Assembly: GCF_963921235.1 (NCBI RefSeq)
Contig: NC_086097.1
Coordinates: 124,746,001-124,810,000, forward strand
Source: Mobula hypostoma
Lineage: Eukaryota
DNA: 64,000 bases
Reading direction: 5' to 3'
Positions 52,575 through 64,000 of this stretch are shown here, piece by piece (within the stretch, counting starts at the first letter, position 1; every line of letters begins with the position of its first letter). Made by a program: the position numbers and the translations under genes. The notes below the pieces were generated by a model that saw nothing but the letters and a program-made list of their open reading frames with translations, made no database searches and was not told the origin of the DNA.

Positions 52575-55500
52575 ACTAAACTGACAAGTACTGGGAATAG
52601 TACTGGGAATGTCTTTGAACAGACAATTTTCACTCTTCAGGTTCCTTCTACTTATCTGGGGATGAGCAGAAAATTACAGTCCTTCCTTCCACTGTGTGAA
52701 CTTCCACTTCCCATAGCAACCTACAACAGCAAGCCATCTGGATCACCAGATGACAAAACATAGCCCGTGTTTCCTGAACATCCCATCTGCCAGTTTTTGT
52801 CATATCCATTACCTTTATTTTCAATTAATGGAGTAATACAGTATAGAAACGGGCCTCTTGATTACAATCCTTGCAAAACATTAAGCACCCATTCTTACAT
52901 TAATTCTATCCTATCCAATTTTATCCAACATTCCCATCAACCATCCCCACCCCAATTCTCCCATTTTCTACACATTATGATCAATTAAATTACCCAGATG
53001 CAAATAGAGGATGTGGGAAGAAAGAAAACCCATGACTGAAACCAGGTCTCTGGAGTAATGAGGGAGCAGCTTTCACCACTGTGTTGCTCCTTCAGTAAAC
53101 ATCAAGATGGAAATTTAGTCAATGAATGCAGAATATGGTATAGGACAGTCTTTTGAAGAGTTTCAGCTCGTTACAGATATCAGTATTCCAAACCTTCTTC
53201 CATTTAACAGGTTGACCATTAGATACCCTTCCATTCTCAAGTGAAAAAGGCATTATCTTGTTTTTTTTTTGCACTGGGAACTTTGTCTTGATTGACAGGT
53301 CTATAGCCATCACTAGTTGTTTTCTGCCTTAAATTGGGACACCCACACAGATGAACATTCAATCTTACAATTTAGATAGGAGTAAGAACCCAACCCAAAT
53401 GATAGAAGACCCTCATCAGTATCATATTGCAAGTGATTTAGAAATGTTTCTAATATCCCTAAATTATACTGTTAATTTCTATTACTTCAACACTGCACTT
53501 CCTCTATTCTATTGCCATCACTACCCCACATATAGTTGTCAATCTACTCTTTGCATCCCACACCCACCCATCTGGCAGCATTCCAATTTAACCTTCTCCC
53601 CTCCAAAAATCTGATTTTTAGCAAACCCTCATGCAGCCCTTCAGATTTTTTGAAGTCCATGCTACAGAATTAAGTCCGTGGGCAGCAATGTGGCACAGCA
53701 GTTACTGCATCATTTTACCACACCAGCATTCACCAATAATTCCCACCACTACCTGTGCAAACTCCTTACCAGTCTCCTTGTGACTGCACGGGTTCCCTCC
53801 CAATTTCTAAAGAAATATGGTTAAGGTTAAGAGAGCTGGCACCAGAAACAGTGACACTTGTGGGCTGACAAGCATAATACTCACTAATTTTGTTGACACA
53901 TGATGCATTTCACTATGTTTCCATGTATATGTGGCAAATCAAGCAAATCTATGTTATACTGCAAATGTTCCCAGTGGCTCAAACCACCAGGGTGCTAAAC
54001 GGCAAGCTCCAGGGAAAAAGGCACCTACCATTTTTATCCTCCCCTTCTCATCTAATGAATTATTTGATTTGCTTGCTTTAAAACTGAACACTGTCTGAAT
54101 CAATTCTGGTAGAAATTCTGGTGATTTTCTTGACAATCACCTAGCTTCCGTTCATTACGTGGTAGGTGAAGAACATCTCACAAAGGTGCTAAACATTAGT
54201 TCAGGTTTTAGTCACTCCCAAATTGTTGTGGGGGGGGGGGGGGGAGAAAAAAAACAGCAACCTGCATTGACCAAATAACTTGGACTCTTCAAGAAACAGG
54301 AAATTACTATTCATAGAAATTGCACAATAGTGGTTAGATGCCAAAGCAACAAATCAGTGACCTGCAAATTCTAATCACATATTAGTTTTGTGCAAGAGCT
54401 AGATTTGAAAAAGTACATCAAATGCTGTTTTTGCAGCTCAACCCCTTACTCTTCTTGCCATCAGTTTAGCAAACTGCAGAAATATCCATAAAATTTTCAG
54501 ATATCAAATGTATATATTCCTGGGCTCAAAGAACTAAATTTGTTTATCTCCATCATGAATCAGTAACAAATGAAGTAATTACTTGCTTGAAGCCTTAGAA
54601 GACCATACTTTACAACTGGAATGCTGAAATGAAAAGACTGATGCTTCCCATTTATTGAAATTTAAAGGATGGTTTTAATCAAGGAGGTTAACCTAATAGA
54701 ATGCAGTATTTTGTCCAAGATAGAAAATTAACTGCTCAAGATATTTTTCCTGACCAGCAGGGCAAGAGACCATAACTTGGCGCACATTCCAAATTTATAC
54801 TAGGTCTAGCTGTAGACTGAATAGTCCAACCTACACTCAATCTAGTGCGAGGGAAAACCTAACCTCGGGGTCAACATGAACACCGACTTCTATGAACTAA
54901 GTATTCAAGACTATGGATCAATAAACCATAGAAGTATACAGTGCAGTGCAAGTCTTAGGCACACTATCTATATAAATTCTGTTTACTCATAAACCTGATA
55001 ATACGCAAAACAGTTGTTTGCTTTGACTTCCTTGGTCTCTTCAGCATCAGTGCAGGTCAAGTTTCTAGGAATGAACTTCAACAGCCTATCCCAGTGCAAC
55101 CATGCATACAGCACACCAGTACCTCTACCTCTGCAGGTCAAAGAAATTTTGAGGTCCCCACTCCCTCAATCAAGCAGAAGATACAAAAGCCTGAAAGCAC
55201 ATACCACCAAGAGCAGCTTCTATCCCATTATAACTTCTGAATAGCCCACTATAATGCCAAGATGTACTCCTGACCTCAATCTACCTTATGATCTTGCAGT
55301 TGCTGCCTGCCTGCACTGCACTTCCTGTGACTACACTTTTCTTTTCCCTTGTACTTACTCAATGCACTAATGCATTGATTTATATGGACGGCTTACAAGG
55401 CAAGTTTTTCCACTGTACCTCAACACATTTGACAATAAACCAATTCAGCATTTGAATTCATAATGAAATTCACAACTGGTTTGAGGCAGATTTGGTTAGG

Positions 55501-56929
55501 ATTGGTGAGCAATTAAAATAATTTGCACATGCTCAAATACCAACCTGTATTCCTGAATAGTCTAATTAAAAAGAATCCCTTTTATAATCTATTTCAATAT
55601 GGACTTGCCCCTCTCTGTAACAATTGCCAGTTCATCAATCCTCTATCATGCTTTTATTTCTTTTGGTCTTCTATTGCTGAATGCATAAAATATCAACTAA
55701 TTTGGTTACACCAAGTATCAATTTATAGGCTGTCATCCAAAACAATCTATACAAATACTGGAAGGTTCAAAGAACACAGGATACCTGGGAAAAGGCAGGG
55801 TATGTTAAATGTAGATTCGGAACCCCACATTCATGTTTGGCATTGGTTACCAATCCTGTCAATTTATTCCAAAACATATTCAACACAATTAATTCAAATG
55901 TGGACAGAACCAAAGAGGGATAAGTGATCACCAGTCACATTGAAATTACCCCAAATCTTGGCTGCCTGGAGTAAATATTAAGTCAACTAGTTACCTCTTT
56001 AAAGCTAGAACACTAAACCTGAATGTCTGGAACAGATGACTGCAATCAGTCACAAACCCAGAAGGTAACCAAATTAGCACAAGCTAAAACATAGAACCCC
56101 ATCCCTGGGACAACCTAAATCAAAGATGTGGTCTAGCAATTCCCCTGAAATTGCCAGTAATGCGCAAAGAATTCCCACCAACCCTTCCCAAAAAATACAC
56201 CATATAGAAGCCCAGCATAAACATTCTACAGATACTGGAAACCCAGGGTAACATAAAATGCTGGAGGAATTCAAGTCAGGCAGCATTTATGGAAAAGAAT
56301 AGAGTCAACATTTTGGACTAAAACCCTGTTTCAGATTTTAGCCCATAACATCAACTCTTTGTTCCTTTCCAGATGCTGCCTGATCTACTGAGTTCCTCTA
56401 TACAAGCCCAGTACCCCATCACAAGATGCAACATTTTTCAAACTTGTCTTATTTTTACATTAAGATTTCCAGAGACATCAATTCACTGATAGAGATCAAT
56501 AAAACTATTTTAAGTAAAATGATCAAATTTTCATTAGAAAAATTTAAGCCACACTTAACAGATTAAGGCCCCAAGTACTCAGTCAAGTGCACTCTAGACT
56601 CTTGAGATGTCTTACTGTAATGCAATAGAGGACGCAGGTGTGTGATTTGATGTTAACATGTGACTGTCACATTAAAATTAACCTTCTGCTGTTGAACACT
56701 GCCAGCACTAAGTACATGAAGATTATATTCAACCCTTACAAGTAGAAAATGGACATCTGCATCCAGTTTCAGTTTGAGCAATAATAGAAATGTGCTGTAC
56801 AGCCAACCATTCGACACAAATTTAGGAGACACTAAGTAAGGAGAGGGTTGGAAGGAAGGGTGCACAAAGACAAAGTACAAAGACAATCTGGAAACTCTCA
56901 TTTCTGTTCTTCATTCTATTCCAGATATT

Positions 56930-58555
56930 TAATTTTGTTTTTGGTACATTTATTCTTTACTCCAAATGACAAGATAGTACAGATTTTGCTGTCAATAATC
57001 AAGCTGTTGGTTCACACCAGTTGTTAACAGTTACACTTTTTCCTGTAGCTGTTTTCCTTCTTCACTGCCTCCTCTCAATTTAGTATTGTTCTCTCATTTT
57101 TGGTCTTTTGTTCCCTTATGGTCCATACATTTTTTCCTGCTAAACACTTCTGCATGGGTTGTATTTAACTTGGATAATCAATGGAAAGGTTAAACAAAAA
57201 TCTAACGCTAACATTTTCAGAAGGAGAATTGATTTATTAACATAGTACATTGGAGTCGCCATTGTAAAACAGGTATTGTTTAACCAGGGAACTAGGAAAA
57301 AATACCACTATAGAGCTACCAGTAAAGATGTCCACCAAAACGCAACACCAGGTGTTTTTGCAGATGCATAATCTTTCAGAGCGAAATGATTTTTGGGCAA
57401 ACACTGAAAACACTGCCAATGTACTATTTACAGTTAAAACGGTTTACCAGCCATTCGCTTAGGTTTGAACAGTTTCAGGAATTGGTCAAGTCATTGCTAG
57501 ACAACTAATCTAGGTTGAAAATATGCTGAACAATTATCCCTTCATTTACGAGGCAGCAGTTTGAACATTTATATCCAAAGCTTCCTACATCCAGACTATA
57601 TTTGTGAATTCCATTCTACTGGAGACACAAATATCAGCATATAATTTAGTAAATCAAATTGAAATTTTTAAAAAATCCATTCATAAAACATTTTATTCCA
57701 CTTACATCAACTTTACACATTTTCTTGATAACAGTTATGCTTGTGTTCTTATGAAAAGTCCAGAAGACATGAATGCAGCTAGCCATACAGCAATATATCT
57801 CATTACTTCCCTGTTAACTATTTCACAGCCACATGCGTGTTAGGCAATCAAGACCACAAAGCAAAAACTAAAAAAGGAAGTTACCAGATAAACACATGGG
57901 AAGGTCTTTACCTCTTAAAACATACATTATCAAAGGTAAGCGTTCATTTTTACTGCATGTTTGCTTGTACATTTGTTCTTACGTTGACAATAATTTCTTT
58001 TAAATACAAATAAAACGTTCAGATGTCATGTGTAGCAAAATGAAGACATGAGCAATGGTGAATATTGCAACTCATGGAATGTTAATCCTCCTCTGCCCTA
58101 TCCCAAAAATCCTGAGACACGTAATAGATGGTGCAGGTTTTGATCTACATATTAGCAACTCTCTAGAAATTGCACGACTCGTACTGAATCTGCCATTTCC
58201 CCAATACAGACACTAAGTTATGGGCATCCTTCTTTGCTAGTACAGGAAACAATTGACATTAGCTTTGTGGAAACCACAGCTACAAAGAGTACTAACCAAA
58301 CATTTAAAACTTGTATAAAAATTCCACACCCTGAATTTACATTGGCCATCTGAAACATACAGTACAAGAGTTCCCAATATGAATTGGCTCTTCTCCCCTA
58401 TCAAACACAAACCACATGGGAAACACAGAGACCCAACAAAAGTGACAGAAGCTCTCCAAAGACCTAAAATAGAAACTAGTGGGACAGCAAAGGTTACAAA
58501 TAGTCTTGATGGTGAAGATTCAGGAATGAGGCAGACAGAACAAGAAGGCGGAAGT
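56930..58555 (-). other. ywhab: Probable 3' UTR of the 14-3-3 gene
   Basis: Repeat-free AT-rich sequence after the stop codon, ending at AATAAA with a downstream GU-rich tract. Confidence 0.65.
56949..56954 (-). terminator. Polyadenylation signal AATAAA (alternatives at 57233-57238 and 57692-57697)
   Basis: Followed on the minus strand by ttgtctttgtactttgtctttgtg (~56860-56890). Confidence 0.6.
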
Positions 58556-58615
58556 TTAGTTCTCTCCTCCCTCGCCAGCATCAGCTTCTTCCCCCTGGTT
58601 GTCTGAAGTCCACAA
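58556..58615 (-). CDS. ywhab: 14-3-3 protein (beta-like), last coding exon LWTSDNQGEEADAGEGGEN*
   Basis: Acceptor ttttatctttctag; in frame with the previous exon; canonical 14-3-3 acidic tail; TAA stop. Confidence 0.93.
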   Translation of the reverse strand: MWTSDNQGEEADAGEGGEN

Positions 58616-58657
58616 CTAGAAAGATAAAATTCCAATTAGTGTCTTGGTATCATCAAT

Positions 58658-59905
58658 AGACCATAGAACCATAGAAGCTACAGCACAGAAACAGGGCTTT
58701 TGGCCCTTCTTGGCTGTGCCTAACTATTTTCTGCCTAGTCCCACTGACCTGCACACAGACCATATCCCCCCATCCCCCATACACTTCCCATCCATGTATC
58801 TGTCCAATTTATTCTTAAATGTTAAAAAAGAACCTGCATTTACCACCTCGACTGGCAGCTCATTCCATACTCCCACCACTCTGTGTGAAGAAGCCCCCCC
58901 CTAATGTTCCCTTTAAACTTTTCCCCCCTCACCCTTAACCCATGTCCTCTGTTTTTTTTCTCCCCTTGCCTCAGTGGAAAAAGCCTGCTTGCATTCACTC
59001 TATCTATACCCATAATTTTATATACCTCTATCAAATCTCCCCTCATTCTTCTACGCTCCAGGGAATAAAGTCCTAACCTATTCAACCTTTCTCTGTAACT
59101 GAGTTTCTCAAGTCCCGGCAACATCCTTGTAAACCTTCTCTGCACTCTTTCAACCTTATTTATATCCTTCCTGTAATTTGGTGACCAAAACTGAACACAA
59201 TACTCCAGATTCAGCCTCATCAATGCCTTATACAACCTCATCATAACATTCCAGCTCTTATACTCAATACTTTGATTAATAAAGGCTAATGTACCAAAAG
59301 ATCTCTTTACGACCCTATCTACCTGTGACGCCACTTTTAGGGAATTTTGTATCTGTATTCCCAGATCCCTCTGTTCCACTGCACTCCTCAGTGCCTTACC
59401 ATTAACCCTGTATGTTCTACGTTGGTTTGTCCTTCCAACGTGCAATACCTCACACTTGTCAGTATTAAATTCCATCTGCCATTTTTCAGCCCATTTTCCC
59501 AGCTGGTCCAAGTCCCTCTGCAGGATCTGAAAACCTTCCTCACCGTCTACTACACCTCCAATCTTTGTATCATCAGCAAACTTGCTGATCCAATTTACCA
59601 CATTATCATCCAGATCATTGATATAGATGACAAATAACAATGGACCCAGCACTGATCCCTGTGGCACACCTCTAGTCACAGGCCTCCACTCAGAGAAGCA
59701 ATTCTCTACCACCACTCTCTGGCTTCTTCCATCGAGCCAATGTCTAATCCAATTTACTACCTCTCCATGTATTACCTAGCGACTGAATTTTCCTAACTAA
59801 CCTCCCATGCGGGACCTTGTCAAAGGCCTTACTGAAGTCCATGTAGACAATATCCACTGCCTTCCCTTCATCCACTTTCCTGGTAACCTCCTCGAAAAAC
59901 TCCAG
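58658..59905 (-). mobile_element. Young 5'-truncated CR1 in the last intron, sense to the gene
   Basis: 291-aa open RT segment (GVPQGSVLGP, KFADDTK, LEYCVQFWSP); (ctatggtt) tail. Confidence 0.95.
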
Positions 59906-60507
59906 ATAACAAGCTATGCTGTACAATATGGGGAAATTTAAGTTAAATCGCAATGTATACCTTTCCTCCAGGGCGACTATCTTGGAATAACATCACAAGT
60001 ATTCAGTGCCCCCTCATTCAGATTGCAAAACCTTAAATTTATTTTATTTGGAAATTTACAATCATGGTGATTTAAAAGGTCACTCACAAAGTGCTCACAC
60101 AGAACAGGAAAAAATTAGAAAGGCAAAAAGAAATATCAAACTTCATGTCCAGACTTGCAAGAATGCTTACACTGCAACAAACCACTTAATTTTAAAGACA
60201 GTAGACAAAGCTACAAAATAGAGATATAGAAATAAGATACGATTTAAAGAAGACAGCTGAAGCAGAAAATGAAAGCAACTGGCTTTAAACTAATCACCTT
60301 AACCTGTATGTCATAAATTGTTGTTGCCTTTACAACCAGCAAACCAAATGTATCAGAATGACTTGAATTGGTAATTCAAATCCTTGCACGTTTAAATAAT
60401 GTATGAATTCTAATAATTTATTGAAAAGTTGAAGTTTACACCTGGTCCATACTATTTAGTACCCTTGGATAAAGGACTTTGATTTTTCACATTACATTAA
60501 GTGCCTA

Positions 60508-60651
<144 letters not shown>

Positions 60652-60691
60652 CTAGAACTATTTTACCCAAGCTAATTTTGTCTGTACTTAC

Positions 60692-60855
60692 AGCCTTTGC
60701 AAGAGAGCAAGCTTGTTCTGGAGAGTTGAGAATTTCATAGTAAAACACTGAAAAATTAAGGGCCAGTCCTAGGCGGATAGGGTGTGTCGGCTGCATCTCT
60801 TTTTTACTGATGTCAAACGCTTCTTGGTAGGCTTGTTGTGAATGATGCACTGTGG
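60692..60855 (-). CDS. ywhab: 14-3-3 protein exon (164 bp) [54 protein letters not shown]
   Basis: ctgttttag acceptor, gtaagt donor; 164/96-bp exon sizes fit the beta/zeta/theta gene structure; residues favour beta but the paralog is not certain. Confidence 0.96.
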
Positions 60856-61479
60856 CTAAAACAGAATCATAGCTCAGTATATGGCATTCATTTTAAAGCA
60901 TGCAGCTACCTACAGTAACCCAAACTAATGCACAAAATGTAATATAATTGGAATTTAAAGTCAATGGTTAATTCAATAGTTTTAAACCTATTAGGTTTTA
61001 TCCTACTGAATGCATTATTCTATATAAAAAATACAAAGTAATGAATAAAGAATTCAACCAGCATATTACAAATTATGAAGGTCTCTCCAATTGGTGTTTT
61101 AGAAATGTCATTGTACATTTCACAGAATATTATGCCAGTACCAGATATATACAGTTACACTGAATGCAGGGGTTGATACTGAAAGATGGAACACTAACTC
61201 CAGGCATGCAGCCAGTCACCCAATCACAATGTCTAAAATAAAACATCCCTCGCCTTAGTGAACTTCCCATTCAGAGAATTAACTCCAGTAACCCAATGCC
61301 AAGTGCACTGCAATGAGCATTTTTCAAATTCAACTGAATCCGAGCCAATGACACGTGCAAAACCCCAATCACATATTTCAAATTCAATTTTCTACAACTC
61401 AGCTTTGTGATAATACAAACTGCAATTGTGATGAGCTTTTCCAAAGACAAACAAGGATAAAGGTCAGAGCAGCTTGATA

Positions 61480-62590
61480 TTATTTGCATAAACTTTTAAC
61501 AATGTCCCAGATGGAAAACTACTACAAAATGTTAAGTGTCTGGAGTCCAAACTTGGGTTTGTAGGAGACAGTGGTGTGCTCTTGTGACTGTAACTAGCAC
61601 ACCACAGGGATAAAAACTGGGAGCCTTACTGTTACTTACATACATTAATCACACAAGTTAATATAGGAGGCATGATTAAATAGTTTGCAGATGACAAAAA
61701 CAGGTATTGATAGTGAGGATAGTCTCAAATTACAGAAAGATTCATTAGCTAGCAAACCAGGCTAAGTAACAGCAGATGAAATTTAATTTTAGGTGCAAAA
61801 TGATGCATCTTTGCAAATTAACAAAGGGAATACCAATATAGTGAATATTAGATCTTTAGGGAGTACAAGTGTACAAGTCCAAAGATTCCTGTAAGTGGCA
61901 GCACAGGTAGACAGGTGACAAAGCATGCAGAATGCCGGTCTTACTTAGCAAGGTTATGGAATACAAGAGCAGCGGGGGGGGGGGGGGGCAGAGCAGAGAG
62001 AAGAGGAGGCAGCAAGGTTCACAACTGGAATATTGTGTTTAGTTTTGGTCACCACTACAGAAGTGAAATGATTGCTCTGGAGAGAGTGCAGAGAAGGTTT
62101 GCCTGAGATTTACTGTCTTAGGAGAGACTGAGTGTCTTGGAACAGAGACGGCTGAAGGGGTAACCTGACAGAAGTACACAAATTTGAGGGGCATGGTAGA
62201 CAAGGTAGGCATCATAAAGTCCACCCTTCCGTGATCTGAAAGCAGCTTCTTCTATAAACCCTTAGGTGTATGTTTGAAGCAACCGGCAAGATGTTTAAAT
62301 GGGATACAAGGAAGATTCTGTTCAATGAAGCTGGTTGGAATTCAGAATGCAATGGAACTTAAAGGACATCTGTAGAGGCAGGTTTATTTTTTGAAAGCAG
62401 CTGTTGGTATCTGGTGAATGATGACAGAGGTGGTGGAGTCGTATTATGTATAACAGGCAATTAAGACACTTAAATAGGCAAGACTCTGAAGGATCCCAAT
62501 TCTAATGCAGGCAAATGAGATTAGCATGGATGGGGTAAATCACAGAGATGTAGTGGGTTGTAGAGACTGCCCTGTACAACCTTATGACTC
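61480..62590 (+). mobile_element. Old degenerate CR1 in the 14-3-3 intron, antisense to the gene
   Basis: FADD.K, LEYCV*F, ALERVQRRF motifs; tatgactcta tail. Confidence 0.75.
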
Positions 62591-63734
62591 TACAAAAACA
62601 AAGGTGAAGGCAGAAACTCAACATTTATCTATCTAGATAAATGTTTGAATTGCCAAGGCATGGAAGGCTATGGTACGTGGAGGTAAATGAGATTAATGCA
62701 GATGGGTACATGGTCACCACTGACAATTATGCTTAATGTTTTTAAAATGGTAACTTAATCAAAACCTTTAAAACTAAGTTCTCTCCCATGCTGCATAATA
62801 CAAAGGAGCTATGACACATATGGCTCTTTCCCAGCTTTGAAAAGCAATGGAAGCTCCAAAATGACACCGTTTTCAGTGTGGCTGTCACATTAACCACATC
62901 TCCTGCATCGATAAACACAAAGCTTGATGTGTTGAACTGCAGCTAAAACATTGGCGATAAACTTCACGTGTCCTTGAAACATTGCCACAAGCAATTCTGA
63001 TTTAGAAGGCACCTTTCTAGCTTATTTACTTAGTGATTTAACAGAGTGACACCAATTCCACCTTTTTAACTAGTTCTTTGTTACGTAACTCTTAGCCTTT
63101 TAAAAGATCCTCTAACATTCACTGATGTGCCCAAACTGTAATGACTCAAAATTGCCTTAACTTTTCAGACAACATGGTAAACACTTTCTAAACAAGAGGC
63201 TGCAAAATCAGTGTTTGCTACTATGATTCTTGATGGATTCAGAGAAAACAAGTTCCATTGCCTGGCAAAACAAATCCCTTGATGGCCCTTTGGGATTTGT
63301 AAACAGCTGTCGATATCTGGTGAACGATGCCAGAGGTGGTGGTGGAATTATATACATGTAGCAGGCATTTAGACACCTAAACAGGCAAGACACTGAAAGA
63401 TCCAAATTCTAATGCAGGCAAATGGATGGGGTAGTCCCAGCAATCCCAGCTGAACACCTACATCCTAGCAAAGATGCAAGCTTTAGGCAGGTGACCAAGT
63501 ACACTTTTCCCCACACAAAGCCTGACTGTCAATTTATATTCAGGAATTTTTACCTCCAGCCAAAAATGTGACAACCAATGCACAGCAAGCCATCAAAAAC
63601 ACCATCAGCTGGTGGCTCAGGTATGCACTCCTGTATCACAATCACAAATGCCCCACTTCCTACTGCAGCAATACAACTATAGAAACTCAATTAAAATCCC
63701 AGTTGGCAGACAAACTAAAAGGCAACAGAACCTA

Positions 63735-63915
63735 AGACAAGCAACACACATAAAAACTGCTGGTGAACGCAGCAGGCCAGGAAGCATCTATAGGAAGGGG
63801 TACAGTCGACGTTTCAGACCGACTAACTGAAAGAAGAGATAGTAAGAGATCTTACTACCAGCAATTTTTGTGTTGCTTGAAATTCCAGCATCTGCAGATT
63901 TCCCCGTGTTTGAGA
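63735..63915. mobile_element. Inverted pair of Penelope pLTR fragments
   Basis: Minus copy 63735-63822 (hammerhead 3' half gaaacgtcgactg) facing plus copy 63857-63915. Confidence 0.75.
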
Positions 63916-64000
63916 ATCTCAGGCAAAATGAGATTGATAATAAATGGCTATGACAAAAAGTATAAGACCATTTGCAAAGGTACATTGTGGTAGTGGTAAG

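Noticed and set aside
54230..54244. Poly-G run (another at ~61974-61988)
   Set aside because: Simple homopolymers with no supporting structure
60856..64000. Upstream 14-3-3 exons
   Set aside because: No KVFYLKMKGDY-type sequence found; these exons must lie beyond the window

Overview
Eukaryotic genomic DNA dominated by transposable elements. The repeat mix (CR1 LINEs, V-domain SINEs, Penelope pseudo-LTRs, Rex1/Babar) points to a cartilaginous fish, probably a ray or skate (inference). The only host gene I can support is the 3' half of a 14-3-3 gene on the minus strand, most like YWHAB: three coding exons at 60855-60692, 60612-60517 and 58615-58556, plus a 3' UTR of about 1.6 kb. The earlier exons are not in the window. 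The ~56 kb downstream of the gene holds a decayed Gypsy provirus, three solo LTRs, nested CR1s, RTE, Rex1 and Penelope copies, Tc1/mariner elements and three minisatellites. Most notable: (1) a Sleeping Beauty-family Tc1 element, very close to the salmonid SB sequence, whose left end has been replaced by an inverted copy of the right end (two right IR/DRs, ~430-bp arms, near-native length); (2) many Penelope-borne minimal hammerhead ribozyme motifs, one split by a mariner MITE; (3) a 15-copy tandem array of a SINE tRNA-like head; (4) an RTE LINE bracketed by a ~190-bp direct repeat; (5) a 3' module shared by a non-autonomous RTE-type element and a tRNA-CORE SINE. Family assignments come from motif recognition and recalled sequences, not from database searches.
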